Below, piece by piece: positions 1 through 12,693 of a DNA stretch of 64,000 nt. Numbering within the stretch: position 1 is the first letter of the stretch; each line of letters starts with the position of its first letter. The translations under genes were made by a program, and so were the position numbers. The notes below the pieces were generated by a model that worked only from the letters and a program-made list of their open reading frames with translations, searched no databases and was not told where the DNA came from. The stretch is from Phoronis australis (Eukaryota; Animalia; Phoronida), in contig NMRA01000030.1 of the NCBI GenBank assembly GCA_002633005.1, forward strand, positions 1,337,801 to 1,401,800, in the 5' to 3' direction.

Positions 1-665
1 CGTTATCGAAGGTGCGATATGAACGCTTGGTAATGATACGTGGCGGAAACCTAGGGCGACAAGTCTTATACGATGTGAATACAAGATTATGATCACTAAT
101 CCCAATGGGTATACTATCAAATGTAAAAACTTTGTCAACGTTTGATACAAGAATAAGATCAAGGCATGTGGAAGTTTTGTCGGTAACCCTTGTGGGCACG
201 TTAATAATATTCTTCATACCCAACTCTCGTTCCCATGCCCTAATCTTACTCACTGTCTTCTTACACAATACATCATAATTAAAATCACCAGTAACAATAA
301 AATCTTTGCCAATATGTCTAGGATAACCAACCAACCTTATTTTGGCTCAAAATGACATGGAAAAAGGTTGCCTTCGCCTTTTTAATGACTGCCAACTCAA
401 TAAAGGGTGATGTTTAATCTTTTTTATTGGTATACAGAACAGAAATACTGACCATTGTAACCGAAAATCAAGCCATGCTCACTCTTAACATATACACGCC
501 CACACGCACCCGCNNNNNCCCCCCCCCCCGCTTTTAGTAGGATGATTTCAGCCAAAAGTATAGGTTCGCCTGTTTCTCCAGGTACTGTTGCACGGTATTC
601 ATCTAAATTTCCATTATTTAATAAAATCCTTCTTTGAATATAAAATTCTCTTTCTAATATCTCAA

Positions 666-2365
666 GGGAGAATGCCACCGGATTTAATTAGTCTTTTTTG
701 GCGTCTTAATCGGTCTATATCCACATCAACTCGCATACGGCTACCTTACCTTGCCAAGAGATGTCCCGTTAGCCTGTGACGAAGGTGAGGAACGACGCTA
801 GCGACGTCAGTGGTTCATATGCAGAGTGAATGCCGCTATGTTGCGGTACATTGTTCCCGCTTGTCCGAACTAAGCAGCAGCGAGGAAAGCAGGTGTATCG
901 TTTTCTTTTACTTCCTAGAGAGTCCAAAATGCTTAGGAAGTGGCTCATGGTAGTAAAGAATTGAATGTACGGTGTAAATAGCAAGTACTGAGGCCGTGAA
1001 ACATCTCCGTGTCTGTGGCCTGCAGAATTACACAGTGCCTGACGAATGCTGGCTTACCAAATAACTCCATACGTTCCGTTGTCTGAGCTTGTTCAAGGCG
1101 CCTCTCTAGTATTTCTTCATCACTGTATTCCTTTTCGAATTGACTCAGTGCCTGTAAAACTTAACGATCCACCTGCAAAGTCGAGACTGATGAGCTCTAG
1201 CTCGTCCTAGTAAGTCGGGATTGGGAGTTGCCGTGTTGGAGTTCATTACTGAGCGTTCTGTTTCAAAATGAATTATTTTCACCCTAACCAATATAAAACT
1301 GAAACAAAGTCTGTCTCATCTGATGCAATTTCTAATGCCTTTGGAGTGTTCGTGAGTACAAATGATTTGAGAAGCCAGCAATGAATAAATCATCGCGTTA
1401 CCGGCTTTAGGTGCAACAAAACTAGTGACGGGACCACGAGGCCGCGTGAGCTCATGCAAATTTAGTGTTTGCTGGCAGAAACTGTTGTCAAACAACCCGA
1501 TTTCCATCCCACGGCCAGGTGTTAGGGGAATCTTTATGTAGTACATTTACATTACTCAAATAATTGTCAATGTACAACTTATGCCCTGAAGGTGCTGTGG
1601 ACAAAGCGGAACCTGAATTCACGGCCCCCGACGAGTATACTGAAGTAGATTTGCAGTTTTGTGGCTAATTCACTAACATAATCACGTTCACATTACGTCT
1701 TTGGCTCACTAAAATAATAATTTCTTTGACTGGAAGTTTAGTTTCCACTGAACTTTGGCTGGTTTTTGTTCGTGATGTCTGATCAGTTTCCGAGCCACTG
1801 GCCGGGAGGAGTCAACTCCGGCCGCCGGGCCCGCGCGACGGGCCTGATCGGGCTCCGACGCCACTGGCCAGGATAACAAGCGTTTTGTGTTTAGAACTCA
1901 AAAAAATCACAAGTCTAAACAACACAGATCTAGGTTCTCCTGTCTGTATCTTACGGGAAATACTTCGAAATTATCTCCGAACAGACCCCAAACTCCTCAT
2001 TGCTACGGACCTTATTGGCCTGCCGAACTTTGTAGGCTACGGTGTGTCCAAATACCAGTAAATCCGTAAGAGTGAAATAAAACAACACGTTTTTATAAGA
2101 ACTCGGTGTATTTTCAAGGGTTTTACTTCGAATTTTGATGATTTATTGGTGTTAAACGATGACTTCAAGCGATAAGCTGACACCAGTAACCCGTGTTGTG
2201 AACTGCTGAACAGACTGCGTGTGAAACCGATGACGTCATTGGATAATTTCAACACCTCCGTCTGCCGTCAGGTGTCAGGTAACGCAACCGTACGCGTCGT
2301 TATGGAGTAGAACTACTCGATCTAAATTGATACAAATTAGGTTGTTTTTTGGGTGGCATGCTCTT
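666..2365 (+). mobile_element. Non-autonomous Kolobok-like DNA transposon, copy 1 (THAP remnant)
   Basis: Termini gggagaatgccacc / gggtggcatgctctt flanked by TCAA and TTAA. Degenerate THAP reading from ATG 838 (MLRYIVPACPN*...LPRESKMLRKW...). Colinear with the copies at 10691 and 46790. Confidence 0.8.
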
Positions 2366-2442
2366 TTAAACTTACTGGTGATTGTTTTTTGTATTGTTCA
2401 TCTTAATAGTGTTTTTGTTAACACTGATGTTTTTGAGTTAAG

Positions 2443-4010
2443 TCGAACCCTTGGGACCGTAACTGGCCGTGGGGCAGGGGATAGGCGGGTCTCGGTCAGT
2501 TTGAAGTTCTGAAAAGTGACCATCTGCAGAAGCTCGCTGGTTCCCTGCGTGCCGCTAGGTGGGGCGGTAGCCGCGCCAGCACGCAGGTATCACTTAAATT
2601 TCCTCTGTAAATTTTTTTACACCGGCGTTTCTGATTGGCTAGTCGATTCGTCAACAGGCAGCGCTTTGCGCAAACAAACTGGCATGGCTGATGGACTGAA
2701 GTGTAAATGTGGTCTGTTGTACAGACAAATCGGTGCTTAAAATTTATGTTCAGGAAATGTGAAGCCTAGAAATTGTGACTGAGCCTTTTCGGAATGCATC
2801 TTTCTACTGTCGATGACTTTTGTTTACGATAATGTCCTTATACACTATGAATAACACACCGGTTAAATCGGCCACATAATGTGTGTTTATTGTGCATGTA
2901 TGTGTTTCAAGCACGCGGCTATTAAACATCACTGCAGAAACGAAATAGTTGCTGCGACGCCACTTGCATGACAAGGCTAAAAATCGTTCACAGTCCGCCA
3001 TTTTTTCAAGGTGTTGTAAAGCTAACCAATGACTGCCAAGATTACATCGACCAATGCTAAAGCGCGTGCCACTAGGTGATACCTGCGTGCTGGCTGGGCT
3101 AAGCACGGCGCAGGGAACCAGCGAGCTGCAGAAGTCGCGGAAGATTAGTTCAGTTTTTGACCGCCTGGGGAATCCTTCCATTCAACATGGCGGTATTACT
3201 GCAGAGTACCTGGAAATAGTGCGAGAAGAAATTTCACGATAAAACACTTAGGGAACGGTGTAGGAAAATTTCCTGTGTATTTTTGGAAAGATAACTTTGT
3301 AAGTAATCGAAAGATACGAAATCATATGTGTAAGTCAATGTCGTCATATTGTAAACAATTACGTAAGAAATTGAGGTAGCCAGCCAGCCAGCTGTATGAA
3401 GACTGTCGTCAAAATGCAGCTAGGTACCACCTGTGTGTATTTCTTCCGCAGACCCCGAAATTGCACACAGCCAGGGTATTTCATTTTGTGCTCGTCACCT
3501 GATCGCCGTGAAACTTATAATGAAGTGAAACCAGTTTCGATAATTTGTGACGCGTACGCAACCTCGTGCAAGAACAATTAGCAGTTGATTGGAGAATCGG
3601 CGAAAAAAGAAACTGGCCATTGGCCAATAGGTGATGCAGTATTTCATGGTGCCGAAAGTCGTTGCTAAAAATCGCTCCACAAGTTTAGCAGCAGAATAAC
3701 GGTAGAACGCCATTTTTTTCCAACACCGTTAAATAATTTAGTTTATTCAAGGAAGACTGTAGTTTTTAATGACACTAATTTTGTGTCAGACTTTACCTTA
3801 TCACTTTTTTACCCACATATATTGCAAAGTTGTATATATTTATATACAGCTTTGTACCAAAGGCTAAAATTGAGGACGCTTGTGGTTCGACTCTGCTTCT
3901 TGTTCTCATTCCAAACATGATTGTGTTCCCTAGGGCCTACCTCGTTTCCTCACTATTTTATTGTCAAATTTCTGTTCGCACTATTTTCCAGTTGACACTG
4001 CCATATTATT
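2443..4010. repeat. Interspersed repeat hosting the MITE, with long imperfect inverted arms
   Basis: 2443-2532 plus 3126-3270 matches 16972-17187. 3183-3235 is roughly the inverse of 3967-4009 and of 16850-16890. Confidence 0.55.
2533..3125 (+). mobile_element. ~590-bp MITE with 9-bp TSD (Mutator-like), copy 1
   Basis: TIR ctcgctggttccctgcg / cgcagggaaccagcgag; TSD CTGCAGAAG at 2524-2532 and 3126-3134. The empty site is visible in the paralogous host repeat near 17047. Confidence 0.85.
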
Positions 4011-4278
4011 AGACTGAAAGTTTTGGAAATTTTGAAGCGAATTTCGGTTGATATTGTTGGCTTTCAGTTGCTCGTGGCAAGCTGGTCATTTCAGTTGCCA
4101 GTTTGCATTTGGCGAGTTGACGTTATGCTGCAAGATGTGCATCCAAATGTTTATCGAGTGGTGCAATGATGGTAACTTTCTCCTTCTTGATAATAGACTT
4201 CTACTCACAGATCTACTACATCCGAGGGCAGTACTGTGTCAAAAGAGAGCAAGGATTTGATTTACAAGACAAGACAAG

Positions 4279-4312
4279 ATGGCTGATAGAGTGAAAGACA
4301 ATCTGTCAAAGG
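4279..4312 (+). CDS. POP7: Probable first coding exon of POP7 (MADRVKDNLSK, phase 1)
   Basis: Good Kozak context (aagATGG), upstream acceptor ctcacag at 4210, donor G|gtttgt at 4313. Phase 1 joins in frame (G|AT = Asp) to the acceptor at 20962. Confidence 0.5.
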
Positions 4313-6076
4313 GTTTGTATTTCTTCACATAGTAACTGAACTTGGCAAGACTGCTTCCTCACCGTCCAAAAGTGCATGAAGCTTTGCAAAAGACCATCTA
4401 CCATTGGCATTACAATAGGGCTGTACAGACTTTGATCATTAGACTACTTACCATTTTTGTAGGATAATATTTTTTAAGAGTTAGCAATCTTGTAAAGTTG
4501 AATCTACTATTTGCTGTTTGTCATGATCGGTCTGACCATATCTGAAACAATCTAGTGGAAGGTAAGGTGTAAACCATCAGTAAACAAACTTTTGTAAATG
4601 TACAAAGTGAGGTAGTACAGCGCTTGCCACTAAAGCTTAACGCCCTGTTGCATTCCAACGCCTGGCAAAAATTACTGGTCGCCAAATTAAATCTGAGATC
4701 GCAACACCTGGTCACCATAAAATACTCGTCTGACTAAAAAATTCTTCCCCTAAATTTACATTCATTTACTCAATAACCCCCCCCCCCACAAGGAATGAAC
4801 ACAGGATTCAGACAATGGCATGCACTGGTGGTGCATATTTCACCAATCTTGCCTGATTTTTGGTGATCTATAACTTTCGTCTATTTACTTCCTGTTGTGT
4901 TTGATGTAAACTGACTGCTGTGGTGGGAAATGCACTGATTTCACGACATAAACAAAATAATTGTGAATTAAAGGTAGGAATACTCAGAGTAATTTAAAGT
5001 TTGGAGGTCAACACCAACTTTGAAATAAATTTAGGGGGAATTATTGTCTGACTTAATGGCAACTTGAGATTTTTCCCAGGTCGCCAAACACACTCTGTGG
5101 TCGCATTGGTGACCTGCCTGTAGTTAGCTACTGTCATCATAAGTAACTCATGGATGTGGTTATCTTTGATTTCTTAGTGCACCATCTATCATAATTTCAA
5201 GGCATTGCTTCAAGAAAATTCTTCAATGAAAACAAATTTTAGCTACGTGGATAAAATTCAACCAGAATCACCTCTGAAAGCCCTCACTCACCTGAGGGGA
5301 AAGGTGCCTGTACCTTCTAAAAGGGGAATTCATGCAGGTTTCTTACTAACAGGGAATTTTCAGTTCGCATTATTTTTTACTCAGAGGGTAATTTTTGAGA
5401 TGTTTAATATTTTCTGCACTGCTTTTTGCTATTTTATGCTTTCATAATTAAGGAAGCATTAACTTTAAGTTGAACAATAAAACATGCAATGTATTACCAT
5501 TGTCACACTGCTTGGCTTACTAAGGCAATACTAAGACAATGGTTCAATTTTGCATAAGACCAGAAGAATGGAGTTGCTCGAAAATATCCATCGGGAAAAA
5601 TTTCAAAACTAGCTACTAAATATGCCAGCACTGTTAACACCTATAAGTGAGTGATGCAATGTTTGCAAGGAACAGGCCCCCATCTTGTACCTCAGTCCAC
5701 TCAATCCAGTCCTTACAACTCAGTGAATAGACAAGAAGAGCAATGCTTAACTGTTCTTAAGTGACAATGTTTTTGACCACAGTGAATAATCCTGATGAGC
5801 TGACAACGATATTTTTAGGTTTTCTGAGGCAAAAACAATGTGGGTAATTTTGTTATTATTCAGGGGGGAGTTTTTTGACATGATGAGGAGAATTATGTAT
5901 GATTTTTAGGCCGTCATCCATGTCTGTTTGGCCCGCCTGCCTCCGCTGCTGTATCTCAAAAATCCTGTTATGTGTGTTCATGAAATTTTGCACATATGTT
6001 CCTATCATGGATGGGATGGCTTTAGGGAACTTTCGGATGGACCAAACAACTGGTGTGCCCCCAAGTGCCATTTTAA

Positions 6077-8049
6077 TTTTTATGCGCCCACATATTTATA
6101 TGTGGACGCATTATGCCGTCATGTCCGTCCATCCGTCAGGCGTCTGTCCATCTGGCGTCCGCTGCCCCATCTCCTAAACCGATTGACGTATGTTCATGAA
6201 ATTTTGCACATGTGTTCCTTTCATGGATGGGACGGCATGAGCGATCTTTCGAATGGATCCGACTACCAGTGTCCCCCCTAGTGCCAATTTTAGTATTTTA
6301 CGTTCACCTCTGTATACGATCTTCAAAGGTCCTCAACAAATTTTCACAAAATTTGGTATATAGGCATCTATTAGTGAGGCAACGTTATCCTCCCATTTCC
6401 GGATAGATTTAACTTAGTTTGCGCCACCTAGTGGCCAGTTGTACTGTTTTCGCATCTGTTTTTTGGTACACCCTCTATCAACCAAACCGCTCGAAGCATG
6501 AGTGTGAAAATTGGCATATATGTTCTTACTATGAAGGGAACGGTTGACGATGATTTTCCAACGACTTCGACTACTGTGGTACCTCCTAGTGGCAGTTCTG
6601 TTTTTTGCGTCTATCACTATATCTCTAAAACCGTTGTCAGGATCTTTACTATATTTAATAAGTGCATTTATATGATGATGACAACGGACAACAACAACTT
6701 TCGGACAGATTTTACAACTGGTGTGCTACCTAGTGGCAATGTTATTTTTTTACTAATGATTTATTGAGACATATACACATGGCCATAGGCCCCAAGTATA
6801 TCATGTACAAGACAGAACATTGTTAGGTGCCACGTTTCAAACTGGATAATACATTATGGTGCTTGAGAGCGTGATGGACGAATTTAATAAGTAGGCTATC
6901 TGGAGTTCTCGTGAGAGAATCAAATTTAGATGTCGTGGGAGAATGACAAAAAGGATCACTTAAGTACTTAACCTGAAGGTCTTGGTACGCACTACAAACT
7001 AACACAAAGTGGTATTCGTCCTCTACACACCCAGAATTACATAATTCACACAACCTGTTTTCATAGGGAATATTTGTGTGGCGACCTCTTTCCACTAGTA
7101 ACGAATGATTTGAACATCGCAATCGAGTCAGAGACTGGATAAAAACACATGGGATACCAACCATTTCTAGATAATTCTCAAGATGATACTTTGTTTTGTA
7201 CCCCACATAGTAAGGCAGTTTTGCGTTACATTCGATATCAGATTGCCAACCTTGCAAATAACAGTCGTTGACACGTTGAGAAAAAACAGTCAAGAAATAC
7301 GCTTGATTTACTACACCCTGATTAATCCATCTGAAAAACCATACACAGACAAAAGTTTCCTCACAAAACTTGCCCAATTATAGGAAGATCTTCCGATCAG
7401 GTCTGACTGAAAAAGCATATCATATGCAGCTTTTACCCTACGACAACCCTTTGACTACTGTGGCGACTCCTAGTGGCAGTTTATTTTTTTTTGGCCCATG
7501 GCTGTATCTCCTAAACCGTTTGTACGATCTTTACTCAATTAAAGAAGTGTGTTTATATGATGTTGACAATGGATGATGACGATTTTCTGACTACTGATTT
7601 TGCCCCCAGGTGGCAATTTTAGTTTTACGTTTACCTCTGTATCTTCAAAGGTCCTCAACGGATTTTCATAAAATTTTGAATACAGGCATCTATCTCCTAA
7701 ACCCACTGCAGGATCTTTATTAAAATTAATTTGTAAGTGTTTTGTTTTTATGAAGGTAACAAAAGACAATGACGACTTTCAGGTGGATCCAATGAACAGT
7801 GTGCCCCCTAGTGCCTTATTTCATTTTATTCGGTTTTCATTTGTTTCTCTGATGTTCTATGATGGATTTCTGTGAAATTTTGTATATTGCATTCTATTTA
7901 AGAAGCAATGACATGTTCCCCTTTTCGAATGGATTGTATGTTTTTCGGCCATCTAGTGGCCATTTTTATGACACAAATAAACAACCCTAAAGCACACCAT
8001 TTGCGATGCATTCGTGGGCGCATTTCAACGATCCGCGTTGCTCTTGTTT
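6077..8049 (+). mobile_element. Non-autonomous Helentron-type element (HINE/DINE-1-like)
   Basis: T-run, subTIR atgcgcccac (6082) with nearby inverted copy gtggacgcat (6102), a (GTCC)-like microsatellite, internal tandem units, 3' subTIR gtgggcgcat (8014), hairpin caacg-atccg-cgttg, and a terminal T-run. Confidence 0.7.
6755..7385 (-). mobile_element. 3' fragment of a non-LTR retrotransposon (RTE-X-like)
   Basis: ORF 6823-7377 with LTRLRCSNHSLLVERGR and a C-terminal CCHC knuckle (CELC...EDEYHFVLVC), followed by a short 3' UTR with ggcctatggcc and AATAAA. Confidence 0.75.
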
Positions 8050-8173
8050 ATGTTTACCTCAGTCTGTATCTTCAAAGGTTCTTAACAGATTTGCATAAAA
8101 TTTGGCAAATAGGTATCTATTAGTGAAGTGACGGTGCCCCCTGGTTAGATTAGAGGTATTTTGCACCACCTAG

Positions 8174-10651
8174 CACGGCTCGACATAACGAGATGCAGGT
8201 CGCATTTGCGACCTGAAATCTGGAAATGTAAGCTGAGATTTTTGTCAGCTCGTATCATGTCGCAAAATGCGACCTGGAATTTCCAACTCATGCGAGCTGA
8301 GATTTTACACTTCTCGGCAGATACCTGGCAAATTTAAAGCAACTCTTAACTAATCCGACCATTGTTTGGTTGTTGCCAAATCCAAATACAAAAGAACACT
8401 CACTCAGAACAGCCCTCGCGGTGACTTGCAAGCAAGTCGCGTGAACATGGGATATACAGAATCGATCTTTGGCACATTTTATTGGCTAATATTTTTGGCC
8501 ACTTCTTTAAATTTCAGAATTCACCGTAGTTTCGAGCCACTGCATAACACGTGTTAAAATGTCACAAAACTGCGGTGATTCTACTAATTCTTAAGCGATC
8601 AGCTTACCAAACTTTGCGGTGGACAAATATGTTTATTTTTTGAGTAAGATGTCCTTATTACATCAATCAAATATCCACGAAAATATCCCTGATATCGCAC
8701 TGTGGCACTGGTCGGTCACGTTAGCGCGCAAGCGGTCCCAGAACACAATCGTGACTTAGAGACATGTGTCTCGTTTTTTATGGCGTAAGACGGCCAAAGT
8801 GAAAATGACAACCCTATTAATCGCCAAACGACGGCCAAGTCCTTACTTTCAGTTGCCAAGAAATTCTCAAACCCCTTTATCTGTTTCTGGGGCTACCTGC
8901 GCGAAGTATGATTTGGCTGTCACACGTTGTTGCTAATGTAAAGTGTAGGCCTACTCCAGGGATTCAAGTGCGTGAACTCACACATGCGCACCACTTCAAA
9001 GCTGCACATCAAAAAACAGCGACAGCCCTAAATGAGACGGTAAACCGGCTTGGCTCGGTTAAGCACCCGGGAATGTGCCAGTGGTTTATTTGAAAATGAA
9101 GACATAGATTCCCGGCGGTTATAAAAGACCCGTTGCTTTACGATATTCCCTGGGACCAATGTAACCCAGAACTAATATTTTCCTGTGACGATGTTCTGTA
9201 AGCCCTGTTTTCTATGGCTGTAGCTGGCTATTGCAATGAAACGGGTACTAGATGTGAAATTGTGGTTAGCGAACTTTTCATTCTTCTCTTCATACACCCC
9301 CCCCCCCACCCCCAACTTTTCGCTCCCCAGACCACCGTCGCCGTGAAATGTTCAGACTCCAATAGAAACAATCTTGCTCCGGCTGAAGCGGGCCATTAAA
9401 AACAAACTTATTCCGACTGGCTAAAAAGGGTACAGTGTAGGTGGTAAGGATATCCAGAAAGTCAACCCTACTAGATGGAGTTTGGCTCGCAAAATCATAT
9501 TATTGTAACGACTCTTGCCATTGCAGTCTTTTAAAATCTTTTACCGCAAACACTCAGGTTAACGACTATGCTCACCCACAAGCCTACTGCCTACCTTCGA
9601 AGTGTTTCATAATAAGTGCTCACTGATCTACTAAGCGTTCCCCCTCAACTTTTGAGAATTTCCAATTAAGCGCCCAGAGTTCAGGCTAGCGCCCATCATA
9701 ACCCATTACAAAGGATCGCGCGTGGTTTAAAATTGACACGCAGCCTAAATAGTGTGTCACTCTCATTTTATACAACAAATTCAGTTTTCAGAAAACGTCC
9801 TTTCTCAATATTTGAAAACCAAATCCTGGCTTTGTTTCATACCTCCAAAGAAAGTGACATGTGTGTTGTTTTGTGGCTGACCTATTTTTCCTGTCCTTGG
9901 AAGGTATTGAGGAGCAAACTCGAATTACTGTATGGAAACCCACAAGGATTCGGGAATCATTTCGAGGCTATTCATTTCATGGAAAACTAGTTGTTGAGTA
10001 CGTCAACAGCATAAGTACCACATTTTTGTTGTCAAACGTGCGCTGAATTGTTCCAGCGCATCCAAATACGTCATTTGGTTAGGGCATCGTTTCACGGATT
10101 TTTTTTCGACTGGTGTTTTTCAAACGTCGAGTTAAGTTCCAAAATTTGGGCCGCGAACAAGGAGTGGATGGAATTTGCACTCTGAGTTAGTTTGAATCTT
10201 TAACGACTTTGATGACAGACAGTAACAGGTAAGACCTAGAAAAATTGCAGATACTTTTTCAACGGGCATATTCTCCCTTTTCACATCACAAACTTAGCTG
10301 CTCGAATGCACGAGTGACGTGGGAGTTAGAAAGCACTGATTCAATTTTCACGTCAGCAACTTGTCTTGCGCTCGAGAGCCTTTCAATGGCGGTGGTGAAG
10401 AACAGTAGCGCCGTACCTGCATGCACGAACTTAATTTTGCGATCTAAAATTTGTGAGTATTTAATGCTGCAGGTTAGAGGATAATCTAAACATTTTCTTG
10501 ATGATCTAAATATCGAATTTAGCATATAAAAACGGCAGGAAAATTTTGTGACCTGACATTTATGAATGTGAGCTGGATTTTGAAAATGCGACCTGGGACT
10601 TTGGCTAGGGCGCAAAATGCGACCTGCCGATTTTAATAGCGTCGAGCCCTG
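8174..10651. mobile_element. 2.5-kb non-autonomous TIR element with 5-bp TSD (hAT5-like)
   Basis: Termini cacggctcgac / gtcgagccctg, subterminal ggtcgcattt motifs at both ends, TSD CCTAG at 8169-8173 and 10652-10656. It splits a ccacctagtggcc motif of the host repeat. Confidence 0.7.
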
Positions 10652-10690
10652 CCTAGTGGCCATTTTTACTATCCACCCCTTTATCAACCA

Positions 10691-12693
10691 AATGCCACCC
10701 GATTTAATTAGTCTTTTTTACCGTCTTAATCAGTCTATATCCACATCGCCTCTTATACGGTCGACCTCACCTTGCCGAAAGGTGTCGCGTTAGCCTGTGA
10801 AGAAGGAAAGAAACGACGCAGTGACATCAATGGTTCGTCTGCAGAGTGAATGCCTCTATATTGCAATGCATCGTTTCAGCTTGTCCGAACTGTGAAGCTG
10901 TGAAGAAAACGGGTATATGGTTTTTTTGACTTCCTCGAAAGCCCGAAATGCTTAGAAAGTGGCTCGCGGTAGTGAAGAATGAAAGGTACGCTGCTAATAG
11001 CAAGTGTGAGGCCGTGAAACATCTCCATGTCTGTGGCCGGCATTTCGTCGACAGTGATTTCTCTGACGAATTCCGGCTTACCAAAGGATTATCCATACGT
11101 TCCATTGCCTGTGCATGTTCACGGCACCTCTCTAGTATTTGTTGATCAGAGTATTTGAACTGATAGCCTGTGAAACCTAACGATCTGACCCATGAAATCT
11201 CGGGATTGGCGCCGGGTTGGTTGCCATGTAGATGTTTATCAGAGGCGGATCTACAAGGGGAGTTCAGGGGGCTCAAACCCCCCTCGCGAAGGGATCAAAA
11301 ACAAAAATTGAAACAAAATTCGCCAAAAAACGAAGTCAGCTATTAACAACCACAAAAAATCTTACACGACCTTCATTCCGCTGGGCACTCCGTGCCTCAG
11401 ATTAACTTGAATCCTACCCCACCTCTTGCTGAAACATAGATCTCTATTCTTCGTTCTGTTTCAAAATTAATTACTCTCATCCTAAATGATCCTAACCAAT
11501 GCTTATAAGAAACTGAAACAAAGTCTGTCTCATTAGATACAATTTGTAATGCCTTAAGTCCAAATGTTTCAAGAAGCCAGCAATGAATAAACCACTGGGT
11601 TACCGCCCGGCTTTTGATGCCGGCAACAAAGGTTATTGACCGGGCACCGTTTCCGTGTGAGCGCGTGCTACTTCAATGTTTGCTGACAGAAAACTGTTGT
11701 GAAACAATTAACGATTTTATATGCTATGATCACATGTTAGGAGAACCTTTATTTACGGAAATACAAATACATTTTATTGAAATCATAATTGTTACTGTAC
11801 AACCTTTGCTCTGACGGCCATGGAAGGGGAACCCGACTTCGCGGCCCTCGACAAGTAAGTAGATTTTCAGTTTCGTGGCTAATTCACAAGAATAATTACA
11901 TTCACATTATTTCTTTGGCTCACTATTATAATCTTTTTGTGACTGGAGGTTTAGTTTCCAACTCAAGCTGGTTTATATTCGTGCCAGTCCCGGCGTCCGC
12001 GACGGGCCTGATCAGGTTCCAAGCCACTGGCCGGGATAATGAGTCAGTCCGGCCGCGACGGGTCCTATCGGGTTCCGAGCCACTGGCCGGGATAACGAGT
12101 CAGTCCGGCCGCGACGGGCCCAATCGGGTTCCGAGTAAAGGGCGGGGATAACGAGTCAGTCCAGCGGCAACGGGTCTGATCGGATTCCGAGCCACTGGCC
12201 GGGATAACGAGCATTTCGTGTTTTTAGAACTCAAAAAATCACAAGTATTAACAACACAGATCTAGGTTCTACTGTCTGTATTTCGTGGAAAAATACTTCA
12301 AATTTATCTCCGAACAGACACCAAACTCCTGGTACGGACCTTGATAAATTGGCCAGCGGAACTTTGTAGGCTACGGTGTGTCCAAATACCAGTAAATCCG
12401 TAACAGCGAAATAAAACACCACGTTTTGATAAGAACTCTGTGTATTTTTAAGGGTTTTACATCGAAGTTTAATGATTTATTTGTGTTAAACAATGAATTC
12501 AAGCGATAAGCTGACATCACTAACCCGTGTTGTGAACTGCTGAACTGACTACGTGTGAAACCAATTACGTCATTGAATAATTTCAACACTGTCTCCCGTC
12601 AGGTGTCATGTAACGCAACCATACCTGCCATGATCGAGTAGAACTACTCGATCTAATTGATACAAAATATTATTTTTTGGGTGACATTCTTCT
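10691..12693 (+). mobile_element. Kolobok-like derivative, copy 2
   Basis: Left TIR clipped; right end gggtgacattcttct plus TTAA. THAP: CIVSACPNC...FF*LPRKPEMLRKW...VCGRHF. Carries a ~200-bp GGCGGATC-type insert (~11241-11447) and a 50-bp internal unit expanded to about 5 copies (11990-12212). Confidence 0.8.

Noticed and set aside
360-386. Possible further Kolobok right end (ggttgccttcgcctt + TTAA)
   Set aside because: Weak TIR match and no partner end inside the window.
514-529. N runs next to poly-C/G tracts (also 54134 and 58389)
   Set aside because: Sequencing or assembly gaps at homopolymers, not biology.
2037-2255. MLKLSNDVIGF... ORF repeated at 12371 and 48065
   Set aside because: It recurs only because it is inside the repeated element. 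Two copies start with GTG and there is no recognisable domain.
10286-10687. 133-aa minus-strand ORF at the end of the 5-bp-TSD element
   Set aside because: It runs across the TIR into host sequence and has no transposase motifs.
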